From contig OZ024747.1 in assembly GCA_964016885.1 (NCBI GenBank), positions 74,400,001-74,464,000 on the forward strand: a DNA stretch of 64,000 bases, in the 5' to 3' direction. Each line of letters begins with the position of its first letter. Within the stretch, counting starts at the first letter, position 1. A program made the translations under genes and the position numbers. The notes beneath the pieces were generated by a model. That model ran no database searches, was not told where the DNA came from, and was given only the letters and a program-made list of their open reading frames with translations. Of this stretch, positions 16,053-29,530 are shown one piece after another. This DNA comes from Eledone cirrhosa (Eukaryota).

Positions 16053-18251
16053 AGGGTTAGTGGGAATGAGAAAGAGATATAGAAGAAGAATTGATCCCAG
16101 TACTAGACTGGTACTTTTTTTATCGACCTCGAATGGGTGAACGGAATTTTGACCTTGACGGGATTTAAATTCGTGTTACTTCAGCGTAAATCGAAACCGT
16201 GTCGCTGGAATTTCACTTCGAAATTTACAGCGGACATTTACATTGTGGCAGGAAGGAGATTATTGACATCACTGAAGAATGTTTGAACCAATTGTATTTC
16301 TTAACGCCAAGAGTGCACACGTGTTTATTTATTCAAAGAAAAATAGCAGGGACTAATATACAGCTGAACAATTGAACGTTAAAGATTGATAATGTTCAGA
16401 AATATTCCGGTCTAAACATGTTTAGTACTTAAAATTTCAAAGGTGATAAATTACTTCAGTATTCAATTCTACATGTTAGAGAAACAGCGAAAAGGTCAAT
16501 TTTATTTTCAATTATATTTTCAATGTTATTCTATTTTTCTGCCTTTATATATAACTACATTTATTTTTTGTGTATTTATTTTACACTCTTCCAAACTGTA
16601 ATCACGAATCCATTGATTTACGCAGTCCACATGTTATTAACTCAAAAGGTAAACTAAAGAGCTTGAAGGGATGAATAGGAATGATTTCTTTAGATGTGAT
16701 CATAAAATGGAGTAAAATCATTCAAAAATAAAACAAAACACTTGGACTAAGTTTTTTACGGAGGCTCAGTACAAGACCACGTTTCAATACCAAATGAATG
16801 GTGTTTTGGGTAAATTTGACAGCCAGCGGTGATAAATCCACGAAAACACTAAATCACAGGACACCTTTTCACACCTCTTCGAAATAACAAACTTCCTTTA
16901 ATTGAAAGAAATATCAACCAGCCATGCAAATTCTCGGAAATTTAAAGATTTATTTTATGTTTTGAAAAGGAAATTTCATAAAAGACATGGTGAAATTATT
17001 GAAATAAAACAGAAAATATTAATGATGTCATGATATTATTATTCACAGCTCTGATTTATGGTGAGTTCCAGGTTTTGTTCATTCACAGACATTTCATCAT
17101 TTCTGACAAGAAACTGTACGAGACATGAGTGTGGACTAAAATATGTTACAGCACATAAATATCTCAGGACTGTTGGATCAGCTGCATCGAATGAGTCGGG
17201 CTGTTGCTACGATACAGCTACCGGTTTTGCGAGCTCCCTAGATCCGGTTTCTTACACTAAACTGCACTGATACTACTCTACTCTAACTGATTTTCTTTTT
17301 CTTCCGGTGCGTATTAACAATGAACAACGCCCAAATAATTAACGAAAAACAGTCAGCATCACCTTCATTTTGTCCTATACTTGACGTGCTTTCGGAGAAG
17401 GGAGGGGGGGGGGGGGGCTTGGCGACATTGGATGTTTTCATTGTGATGACAGAGTTTTGATTTCCGGGTTATTCACGATATTAAAGAACTCAGGATATCC
17501 TTGTTTGAAGTATCAGTTGAAATGAAATCGCGAGGAATAAGTACTCTCGGGAATAACCGACCCCCTTCCCACTTATTAATTTTTGAAATTTTTTTCAACC
17601 ATCCCACCCCCGCTTTTATTCCGACCCCCACTTATTACATTTTGCTAATCTATCACCGGAGAAATGTTATTTTCCTGCGGTTAATCGGTTTAAAATTACA
17701 GCTTACACTCTTTTATTTATCTTTCAAATTATGTCACTTATAAGACAAAATATGAACATCTCAACCGCGTCCCATGGAAAATCCCTGATTAGGTGAAGTA
17801 AAACATTGCAAGGCAGTCTTTAATATTTCAACTTTCAAGGTTGAAATACCATGGACATTGAATAATCCAAGACAGATACAACAAAATACCAGTAATATAT
17901 CCTGGTTAAAACTCTTAAATTTAAACCTACTCTAAATTCTTTTCTTAGCTCATACATTATGGGGATTTAAATTTTGGATTGTGATGCACATGTGCGTAAA
18001 ATATACACATGTATCTAGATTTGAATATATGTATGTATGTGTATTTGTGTATTGTATGTGTGTATGTGTGAATGTAGAAACTTACTTATAAATGTATGCA
18101 TGAATATATATGTATATATATAGTTGTTATACTTCGGGAAGGTCATGCTGCCAATAAAGACACACGCACCAGTTGGTTTTCACTTCAATTTATTATAAAT
18201 TTCCGGTTGGTTGGCTAGTTGATTTAATAACTGGATGGTTGTTTATAGATT

Positions 18252-18294
18252 GTCAAAGCTCTTTCGTCACACATTATGTGACCTCCTCAGTGAC
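18252..18294 (-). ncRNA. Minimal hammerhead-like motif
   Basis: Reverse complement reads gtca-CTGAGGA-g-gtcaca-taatg-tgtgac-GAAA-gagctt-tgac. A homologous degenerate copy lies at 38485-38527 on the + strand. Confidence 0.6.
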
Positions 18295-18949
18295 TAGGTT
18301 TTTATTTTGTGTCTCTCCTTTGTTCTGTCTACACCATCTTGTTTGTGTGTGTCGTGTGTTTTCTGATAAGAAATCTTGCAAAACATTCAAAAACAAAGTA
18401 TATATATATATAGAGAGAGAGAGGGAGAGAAAGAGAAAGAGAGAGATTTATACATATATATATATATATCAGCCCTTAACTTTATCTTTTTACCCCTTGC
18501 TAGCACATCCCCACACACGATAGTGATGGCAACCCAATGTGGATGGATATCTGTATTGCTGAGAAGCTGTGCAAGTGAATATTTCAACGTGGAGTATTCA
18601 TACTATCAGTTAAATATATTCATGACTACATGTACTTATGTTTGCGTGCGTACACGACTGTAAAAAAAAAAGAAATGGTGTCTGCTCTTTTATGTCAGCT
18701 AATGGATCCTTTGTTAGTAAATGGAATTCTGAGAACACTTGGTCGCAACATATCTCTTCCATCAAATGTGATGCTTTCCGCGTCTTAGAATGCTGTCACA
18801 CTTCATCACAGTTCAGATGTTCTCCGTTTCTAGCGTGAATTTTCAATGTTTATTTACCAGTAAAAAGTATACGTCGTTTGGCCGGCCTCACATTAATGGG
18901 TAAACTGTTATTTGAGTGAGTGAGAGGGCCGGAGAAAATAAACGAGAAT

Positions 18950-19041
<92 letters not shown>

Positions 19042-19079
19042 ACTATCTATCCAATTCTCTCTCTCTCGCTCTCTGTCTT

Positions 19080-19111
<32 letters not shown>

Positions 19112-19183
19112 GCTTCAATGAATATAGAAATACAGAGAGACGAAGAGAGAGTAAAAGAAAGATGTATATATATATGTAGATAC

Positions 19184-19242
<59 letters not shown>

Positions 19243-19865
19243 GGTGTGGGTGTGTATACACATGCATACACACACACACACACACACAGATATATATGCA
19301 TAGAGAGAGACTAGTTGAGTGAGTGAGAGAGAGAGAAAGAGGTAAAGTGAAAGAGGTGACATTTTGTAGCAGTATCTTCGTTAGAAGTTGGTAAGTAGTA
19401 ATATATATTAAAAATACTACTCACTATCGGCCTGTGTAGTTGGACATCTCTGTTGGCCTGACTATTGGCAGGATCAATAACTTGTCTAAATATTGCCTCT
19501 TTCTACGTGTGCACCATTGATCTTTACTAATGCCACTGCGTCATGTTTTTATGATCATTGGGTTGGAGAGGCAGAAAACTTACTGAAAAATCCCACAGTG
19601 GTCTGTAGCCATGTGATTGTCACTCTCCAGGCGGATATACATATGTATATATCTAGCTATATATACATGTATGTGTGAGAGCATGTATGTGTGTGTGTGT
19701 GAGCGTATGTGTGCGAGTGTGTGTGTCTGTGTGTGTGAGCGTATGTATGCGAGTGTGTGTGTGTCACCGTGTTTCTATTTTCCTCTATGTACATGTATGT
19801 ATAAATGTATGTATGTATATATGTATGTATATATGTATTTATGTATATATATATATATATATATA

Positions 19866-20042
19866 TATAAAGAAAAAGAGATGAAATCGAAAATGCAACT
19901 GGAGTCTTATTTTTTTTTTAAATATATATATATTTTTTTAAAATAAGACTCCAGTTGCATTTTCGATTTCATCTCTTTTTCTTTATACTTTCACTCGTGT
20001 AGGACACCTCGGTTATTTTTCATTTTGTAAAAAAAACCTCAC

Positions 20043-20049
<7 letters not shown>
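19866..20049 (+). repeat. Fold-back palindrome (19866-19987) plus single-copy tail between (TA)n tracts; family member at ~11262-11375
   Basis: aagaaaaagagatgaaatcgaaaatgcaactggagtctta is mirrored by taagactccagttgcattttcgatttcatctctttttctt. Confidence 0.85.
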
Positions 20050-20090
<41 letters not shown>

Positions 20091-20287
20091 CAGAAGACAG
20101 ATGGTATCACGTCCGCACATTCAGTTTATTCCATCATCCTGAAGATGTATAACTGTCTCTTTTATTTTTTACGATATAGACACACCGTCTGATACCATAT
20201 AGGTAATATCTAATGGGGCCTACGGCTTGGAGTGCTTACGTCTAATTACACCCACAGTCGCAGTCGGTCGATTGCCTGATCAACCAA

Positions 20288-20334
<47 letters not shown>

Positions 20335-20345
20335 AGTGTGTGTGT

Positions 20346-20532
20346 ATCCCAGTTTCAATCGGGGGTAACTACAGTAGGTAAGTTACTCAATACATAGCAG
20401 AGTATAAATATTTAATATAGAAATGGCTTCTACAGGACTAGAACTGTTTCATTCGAAGGAAAGCGTCAGGAAAGACGATTTCCTTCGAAGGAAACAGTTC
20501 TAATCCAGTAGAAGCCATTTCTATATTAAATA
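20346..20532 (-). repeat. Fold-back palindrome (20409-20532) centred on hammerhead core remnants, plus tail
   Basis: Arms of ~55 bp. Minus strand reads ctttc-CTGACG(c)-tttccttcgaat-GAAAC-ag...ct-GTA-gaag. Confidence 0.8.
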
Positions 20533-23284
20533 TATACATATATATGTGCTTATATAGCGTGGGCTGGTTTCAAACAGTTACAAAACATGGTGTGTGTTCT
20601 AAGCACCTATCTAGGTTCAATATATCACGTTTCTTCCTACCGAGCCTCGATATAGTATCTAGCTACTAGCTATATAAGGTAATGCAAGGGCAGCTAACTA
20701 GGAAAATCAGTAAAGCAATCAGTACAGTGTTGAAACTGCCTTGAGCCTCCCTTAGAAATTACTATTCGAGCTTTCAGTTAACTCTTCATTACAACTCCGT
20801 AAAAACCAAAATCATCGCACAGAAAAAACAAAAAATACAAGCATACAATAAACATTTATTTGACAAAACTCAAAATGATTAACAGTTAATTAATAAGTTT
20901 TAGATATTATTAGTCTTATTATAAACAATCGTCTTATTATAAGCAATGATAGATATATGTGAGAGCATCTATCATAAGATAAGTGAATATAGGACTAATG
21001 TGTTTAATCAACAAGAAATACTGAATAAAGAAAAGCTTTTAAGCTATTTATTTCAGAAACTGCAAAGAAAATATATGAACAAAGCAGTAATTCTTCCATT
21101 TTTGCATGGCTGATTATAGGAATGGTTCGTCTTTATCTGGAGAATAAACAAAACAGTTTTTTTTTCTTTTTATACATTTTATTTAAAATTCTCCCGAGAG
21201 AATCTTGATTTAGAAGTGAATGGTGTATCGATCCCATTCTGAGATATATTTCTTTCGTGAATAAAGCTTCCTTCTTTCCACCTTTTTCTTTATGTAATTT
21301 ACTTCAATGTGAACGTATCACAAAACTGAAATATAGTTAACAGACAAAATCAGTATTGCTAATTGGTTATAAAGAATGGCCTTTTGTAAGAGAAATGAAA
21401 AAGAAAAAAAAATGTTAACACTATTGTTATAGATTCACGTGATGAAATCATAACCGGAAGTATGAAGAGATGTTATTGTTTATTTGTAGCTGTTCTTTCT
21501 GAAATTTTCTGGCTGAAAGTGTATATTGTGTCGGGTTAAGGTCTAAATACTCAACACTTCGTATCCTGTTAGATGTGCCAAACTGTATCCCTGAGCACTC
21601 AATGGTTTAATCTACTTGTAGATATTTAGATGGTAAACAGTGAAGTTCAGCATCATAAGCAGTGTCAAGGTTGCACTTATAATTACATCAGATGCATTGA
21701 GTTAGAGAGTGGGGTTGTAAATTATCACGAGTCACTGTGGTATAGAAAAATACTACTTGTAGTGTTATAGAGAAACGTCCATAAACCGTAGAAACTAGCA
21801 TGTGTTGAATAGTTTAATTGTTGTCAAGTAGCTCCAGCAATTCAGTTCTTATTTCAAGCTGGTACTTACCAAGAAAGGTAATCGATTAGGGCGTTGGATA
21901 TTTGTTCTGAGTCTCTGTGTTCTGAGTTCGAATTCCACTGTGATCAACTTTGCCTTTTATCATTTCCGAGTTAATAAAAATATATATATAATATATATAG
22001 TACTGATGCAGTCCCCCCTTTCCTTCCTAGTTTCAAATTCTTGATGTTTCACTGGAGCGTGGGAGAGTCGAGAGGGCGTCCATGTCTGCTCCGGCTGCAC
22101 AGAGTCCTAAATCCCTTAGCGAATACATGGTACATGAAACCAAGTTATACTCGATTGCGAATGACGTATATAGTAGTACCTTATTAGATAAGATGACAGG
22201 GAACCACTCTAATGGATCGTCTTTCATTATCCATAATCTGACGATACTCTTCTCGATCTGTAGCCTAAAGGCAGTTAAAGAGTTTAATAATGCTTACGTT
22301 GTTTTTTTGAAAGGGATATTTATTTAACAATCATAAGTAACAAAAAAAAACCATAAAATTCTAATGAGTAAACTTTCCCTGGGACATTTGAAATAATTAT
22401 TTGATGTAACCCCAATTTTTTTACCGGTTCCTATTTTAACAAACCCGGAAAGATGAAAGGCAAAATTGCTCTTCAAGAGTTTTCAAATTTGGTTTTATTG
22501 CTAAAGAAATATAATGTTCCAATCTCAATGGGGGAAACATAATGGAAATACCGAGCTACATATTTCATCTCAGCTGCTCTGGATGTTGGCAGAAATGGTT
22601 TTATTTTGAAATATCTTCGATGTAATATTGATTTTTGACATAGCCACAAGATAAAACTTTTGTCTCGGATGGTGATAATCGATAAGATCGACCCTACTGT
22701 AGTACATGTATATATGTTGTCGACTATACACAATTGAAAACTAAGTAGATCCCGGTGGTCTTTCAACATAGAATTAAACTAAATTCGGAAATGTTTTTAG
22801 TCTAGCACTGTGTGACCTTCGAGCTATAATTTGTGATATATTATTTAGTAACATATTTTTTTTCTTTTAGATAATTACATTAGGAATAGCTTACAAAGCA
22901 GATATTAATTTTGATTAAGTCTACAATTAACTTTTGATGTATAATTCGGTTACTATAGTCTATTTAATATTGTTAGTAAATTATTGGAGTATATTTTTAT
23001 TGAGTGGTGAAGACAGACTGCTGTGTTGTGTTCTTGAGCAAAATACTTTATTTTACGTTGCTCAAGTACACTCAGTTATCAGTGAATACCAGCAGTAACA
23101 GTGGAGTTAATCCTTCTATAGGCCAGCGTCCTATCCAGGGATAGTATTGTACTCTCAGTCGCTTAACTCCAAGGAAACTGGGGATAAGTACCGTCCTGAT
23201 AAACATTTGGCTAAGAACAGACTTTAACTAAATCGAAAAGTATTTAGGATGGAACCAAACAAACAACACTACTACTACAACTGC

Positions 23285-23353
<69 letters not shown>

Positions 23354-23680
23354 CACTACCACTGCTACTACTACTACCACCACCACTACCACCATTGCCA
23401 CCACTACTACTTCTACTTCTAATATATAGTGTTAGCTACATACTAATACTTAACTTGGTAATCGGTAAATTGCGTTTTCTCTCCCCTACTTGGTCATCGT
23501 CACTGTCAGCGTCATCGTCATGGCCATCGTCATGGCCATCGTCATGGCCATCGTCATCGCCATTGTCATCGCCATCGTCATCGTCATCGCCAACGTCATC
23601 ATTATATGAAGTAAGGAGTGACTTGAGAAGGATTTGACTGTTATTTTTAATTCCATTGTATAACTATATATCATTATTAT

Positions 23681-24070
23681 GCGGTTGATTGGCAGTATCG
23701 GTAGAGGGTCGGGCGCCATGCTTTGAAGCATAGAGTTACTTCCCTTTATGATCTGAGTTCAAATCCCGCCGAGGTTAACTTTGCCTTTTATCCTTACGGG
23801 GTCGATAAAATAAAGTACCAGTAATGCACTGGGATAATTGCTGGCCTGGTGCCAAAAGTAGAAACAATTATTATATAGATCTGAGAGATTGGCAGTATCG
23901 GTAGAAGGTCGGACGCCATGCTTTGTAGCATAGAGTGACGCCATTTTATAGTCTGAGTTCAATCCCGCCGAGGATCACTTTGCCTTTCATCCTTACGGGG
24001 TCGATAAAATAAAGTACCACTAATGTACTGGGATAATTGCTGGCCTTGTGCCAAATGTAGAAACAATTAT
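23681..24070 (+). mobile_element. Two tandem copies of an abundant tRNA-derived SINE (family 1, octopus-like)
   Basis: A-box-like tggcagtatcggtag, B-box gagttcaaatcc, body ggtcgataaaataaagtaccagt, tail gctggccttgtgccaaaagtagaaac. Confidence 0.85.
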
Positions 24071-24117
24071 TATATACTTAGTTGTGTTTTAAAACTTGAG
24101 TGGTGCTTTATTATTTA

Positions 24118-24157
<40 letters not shown>

Positions 24158-27100
24158 TTATATATATATATATATATAATAAAATAGAATAGAATATTAT
24201 GGATATTTATGAGATGACGTCATGTATTTCAATGGCTTCTATTAATGAAGTTACAACACTGCGTTATTTTCACACCAATCATGTGTTCTTGTTTTTGACA
24301 TCAAGAAGCCATTTCTGCTTTCTATGTAGAAACTGATACAAACTCAGTGTTTTACCAATTTCAACATCATTTTCTCCATGATTAATTAATTCCCATGAAG
24401 AATTGTCCTTCAATTCTTTCTTATTCAATTAGAAATCTCTATTCTAAATTGTTTTGGTATAGTATCTCTCTTATAATAGAGATTTATTATATTGCTTGCA
24501 CAGAAGAGTGAAATAGTCGATTGGCACGATATCAATTTATGAGTAAAACTTATTTTATATCAACCCCCAAAGGAATGAGAGCTGAAATCAACATTGACGG
24601 AAATTGAACTTACAAGTTGAAGGGCTGTTGGTAAATTGTATCTATTGTCTCTGAAACTCCAGCAACTGAATCTCCATCATAATATAATTAGAAGTAACAC
24701 ATCGTGATCAGAATAAAATCACCTATAGACACATATACAATATATTTATGTAGAATAAACTTAGTTTTAGTCTCGCTGTGACGATATTAAACTGTGATTA
24801 TGGCTCAACAATCGGTGTAAGAGCACTGCATTATTTACGTCGAGAAAGCGAAGATGGAAGTCCATAACGTTTTGTAAAGATTGCGAATGAAGTATTCTCC
24901 TTGAAATTTATTTGCATATAATGCAATTGTAAGCATCAGTGGCTCATATTCTATAGTGATAGAACTAACAGAAACAGAACATGATTCAAAATAAAAGCAT
25001 ATCCTAACAGTATGTTTATGTATAATCAACATACAATTTGTCTCGCTGAATGTAGTATATAACTGTGTATCATAACTGTAGTATATAACTGTGATCATAA
25101 ACAATACTCACATATTGAGTGGGAGATCTATATACCCATTAATATTTCATAAGGTATGGTACATAGAGCGGTGATGTGCAGCAAATGGAGAGAAAATCAA
25201 AGGAGCCGATTGTCAGATGTGACCGAGGAAAGAATGATCCCATTGTTCCTTCAATTGCTGATATTATCTACAGATGGCATCACCGGACGGAAGAAGGAAG
25301 TATTTAGACTGAAACCGAGTCTGTCCTTGTATCTATATTTAGGATTACTACTAAATATAAAGGAATGGTGAGGTATGATTAGGAAATTCACTATGTATAT
25401 ATGTAGTTTCACGGTCAACCCCACTACGCGACAATGGTTTGATCAAAGTATCATGAGTGAACTTAAATAGAAACTGTGCCAAAACCTCATTAAAGTGGGC
25501 AATCTTATTTAGGGATGGTATATTTAGGCTTTCGCCTAGTTTAATACCACAACCAGCCATTTAGAGGAATCTATTCTACAACACCCATTTGAACTACGTT
25601 TCAGATCTATGAATAACTACCCCACTTTCTTCCATCAGTCTCAGAGTCCCGGGAAAGTGTGATGGGCCCTGATCTCCTGCTTCTGACTGAAGCATAAAAT
25701 CTCCCAATTTGGAAAATTAGGAAGTCACAATTCCTCATTCCCAATTAGATATCTTGGTATTTTTCCATGAAACTATCATTCACTGTTTCGTGGCTCACGA
25801 TATTTCAGATAATCATCAATGAAGAGGCAGGGAGATGGGTGCAAACATGGTCGCTCGACATCGTAGCTAAATCTCATCTCATTTAAACCATTTCTGTAGC
25901 ATCTTGAAATATGGTAGATATTGTTGAATATAGTGTAGCCTTAATTAGTCTATGTCTGAAATGATGGAGATTAGAATGATTTTCATTATTGGCTTAAATA
26001 TACCATTATTTATTTATTTACTTCTTTATTTAATCAATTTAAACGTCCGTATAGAACTAGTAAGCCATGACAGACTAGAGGAAGTATTTAGTACCTCTTA
26101 TAGTTGAAAAACAATAAACAAGATATACAGAGATAAGTTAATATATAAATTAACATTAAAATAATCAGCTGTATCAACAATAACAACACCAACAACAAGA
26201 TGGCGATCAAGTCTATCGAAATTTAGACCAATAGTCTACAGATTTCAGCTCAATACTCTCAACAAATTAAAGTACACTTCAACCCTTCAGTTCCACTATC
26301 CAGTCATTATACTTTTATATATAATTTCAACATCAGATAATAATATTGATATTGTGCCAATATTAGAAAGGATTATTTAATCATCGCTTACTGCCAGTAA
26401 CAAGTTCCTTGTATAGGAGCTCATAAAATATTGGGTGATAGCATAAGATTGATTATTAAAATATAAAGTGACGCTGATCACATAAATAATAAAGAGATGG
26501 ATTTGACTATTTCAAATGTTTTAGCATCAGAAATAAAATAAGTAAGGTTCAATGTGGTGATTAGGGTAAATATTAGGGGTTAGCCAGCATTTGGGATTAG
26601 CCAATATTAGGGGTAAGCCAAAGTTTCTGGGATATTCAATTTCATCCGAGGAGATATATTCTTCACCTTAGTTTGCTATCACTATAGGAACTGATTTACT
26701 ATAGTGAATATATAAAATACATATATAAGATGTAAATCTGCTGATATGAAGAGAAACTGTTGTTCAATGTCTTACTTATATAGGAGAACATTGTTAGATT
26801 GGACAAGAGTTCACAACCGTCTCATAGTTTGTCACTCTTCTTCTCAGTTGATCTCGTGTTTACTGAAACAAAGCAATACCTTCCATACTGAAGAGTAAAG
26901 CATTGTTCAGAAGAAAAGTGACAAATGTAGGAACTCTTCAACTTGTTGGTGGAGTAAGATTTCTATTGTAGAGAAAGTGCAAATGGAAAACTTTGGAGAG
27001 TAATCAAAGTGATAGTATATATAGTATTTAACAGTCAAGGTGTACAGTGTGGTATTTAGCATAATGTGACCTAATCTGTCTAAAGAGCCCATATTTTGTC

Positions 27101-27300
27101 AATAGATGTTGGAAGTTCGAAATACAGTTTCTTATTACGAAACAGCTTGTGGTTCTTACATGTTATATTGAAGACATGAATGTATACCAGTATGATCCTT
27201 TAATCCTTGTATCATATCACAGCAAGCCATACAAATGTTTCGTAAACCAGAGAGACAAAACAGAGAATGCGTTACCCAGAAGAAGAATTTAAATAAGGCA

Positions 27301-27563
27301 CGAAGGGGCTGAAAATTTCATAGGCTGACTATAATTGTTTCTACCTTAGGCACAAGGCCAGCAATTATCCAGTGCATTACTATAATGGAATGATGCTAGG
27401 GCTGTCAGGTCATGCATGCATTAATTTCAACTCTTTTTATGAATAACTGCATTGTTTCTTTCCAGAGGCTCTATTGAAAAATAAACCTCTTTTGGTCATT
27501 CCGTGAGAGTATCTTGGTCAGCTTATGGATTTTTTAGCCTATGAACTTTTCTGCCGAACCTCG
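27301..27563 (-). mobile_element. Mariner-type MITE interrupted by a short SINE 3' fragment
   Basis: TIR-like ends as in the other copies. SINE tail at ~27336-27378 flanked by actataat repeats. Confidence 0.75.
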
Positions 27564-28716
27564 TCGACTTGGAAGGGATCAGGAAATGATCTAACCGGTA
27601 TTTAAATTATAACATAGCAAAGTGAAAGGTTATCTTAGCAATAAAGTAATCTTATAATCTACCAATAATTGGCAGATAAAACTTCAGCTGCATTACTCTC
27701 ATCAGAAGTCCGTAGTTGTGCGTTTATTGTCTTGGTGTCATTCGATAGAAGAATTATTTCAACATCTAAAATAGATTTCTAGCCAATAAGTGACAGAAAA
27801 TGTTCAGGTTTTCTATCCATACCGTTGTCTAGTCTCGTCTCTAGTATCATTAATCATTAAAATAATAGAGAACATTTCTAACGTGGAAATATCTTATCTT
27901 GAATGTCTAAATAACAAAGGTCTATAAACAAACTAGCTAGGCTGCTTTACCTTAATCAATTTCTCTCAATGACGATCACCACTTGATTTATGACTAACTT
28001 TAAATAATGTTAGCGTCTTAACACATTAATCAAGATGTTTTCTCTATTTTTTTGTAAAGGTTTCTTCTGCCCTTTCAGCTTCACACTCTAACTAAAAGTC
28101 GATTCCTTGTACAAATAAACTAGAATATTTGCAAAAGAATGAAGAAGATTTTTAGTAAGACTTTCTTCCAATCACTCAAAGGGAAAGTTATTTACTGTTT
28201 TATACAGCAGAACTACATAATCATTACTATAGCCATCTTATAGGAGATGGCCGTATGTAAACATCTATATAAGCGTTATTGTTAAAGCTGAAGTCAGCTT
28301 GCCATGTTTAAAACTAATAAACGACTTTACCTATATAAATACAATAATTGAGCCAAAGATGGTAGCTTGACCTGCTAGAACAGGCAGCCAAATGTAATAG
28401 CAACAACAGTAGCAATGACAATAACAATGGTTTCTGATTTAGACACAAAATCAACAAATTTGAGGGAGGGGAAAGACGATTAAATCGACCCCAGTGCATG
28501 ACTGGTACTTATTTTATCGACCCCGTAAAGATGGAAGGCAAAGCTTACTTCGGCGGGATTTGAACTCAGATAATATACCCCAACCAGGAAATACGAAATA
28601 CAAAGGTTGTGACGCTCCAGTATGGCCAGACAGGGATACAAGTCTTATATGCTAAAATTTACAGAGTGATGCCGTGGTGTTCACGCATCACCATAACTCC
28701 AATGATTTGGTGCCAA

Positions 28717-28960
28717 AATACAAATGTTGCTATGCTACAGTATGACAGCAATACAAATGTTGATATGCTCCAGCATGGCCAACAATACAAATGTTGCTCT
28801 GCTACAGTATGACCAGCAATACCAATGCTGCTCTGCTCCAGTATGATCAGCAATACAAATGTTGCTCTGCTCCAGTATGGCCAACAATACATATGCTGCT
28901 CTGCTCCAGTATGGCCAACAATACAAATGCTGCTCTGCTCCAGTATGGCCAGCAATACAA
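28717..28960. repeat. Minisatellite, 34-bp unit x~7
   Basis: Unit aatacaaatgttgctctgctccagtatggccaac. Confidence 0.92.
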
Positions 28961-29027
28961 TAGATCGACACGAAACAATTAAGGAAATTAGACAACCTGC
29001 TCTATTAAATATATTTTTATGAATGAG

Positions 29028-29118
29028 TTTATTATATCTCCTGTAATTGTTGTTGTTTATTATATCTCCTGTAATTGTTGTTGTTTATTATATCTCCTGT
29101 AATTGTTGTTGTTGTTGT
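29028..29118. repeat. Minisatellite, 28-bp unit x3
   Basis: Unit tttattatatctcctgtaattgttgttg. Confidence 0.9.
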
Positions 29119-29296
29119 TCTGAGGGTCAACGTCTCCTATCTTTCAGCCGGATATTTTATCTCAACATCCATAAAGCGACTTTAGACAACTTCTCCATAT
29201 TATCTTTATCTCTTCCTTTCCTTTCCAAATCAGGAATATTTTCACTTTCTTCTCTTTACTAACGTTTCCGTCCTCTCTTTCCCATTCCACTCCATT

Positions 29297-29403
<107 letters not shown>

Positions 29404-29494
29404 CTCTTTCTCTCACTCTCTTTCCCTCTTACTCCCTGCCCCGCTCTCTCATTCGCGCTCACTCTTCGCTTCTCTCTCTCTCTCTCTCTCTATC

Positions 29495-29530
<36 letters not shown>

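Noticed and set aside
23681-23780. tRNA gene
   Set aside because: The A/B boxes belong to a SINE head. There is no cloverleaf and the SINE body follows directly.
24820-24930. RKRRWKSITFCKDCE resembling a piggyBac Cys-rich tail
   Set aside because: Too short, with no supporting upstream transposase motifs.
28717-28960. 34-bp repeat (and the 30-bp repeat at 56715) as a CRISPR-like array
   Set aside because: The units are contiguous with no unique spacers, there are no cas genes, and the context is eukaryotic.
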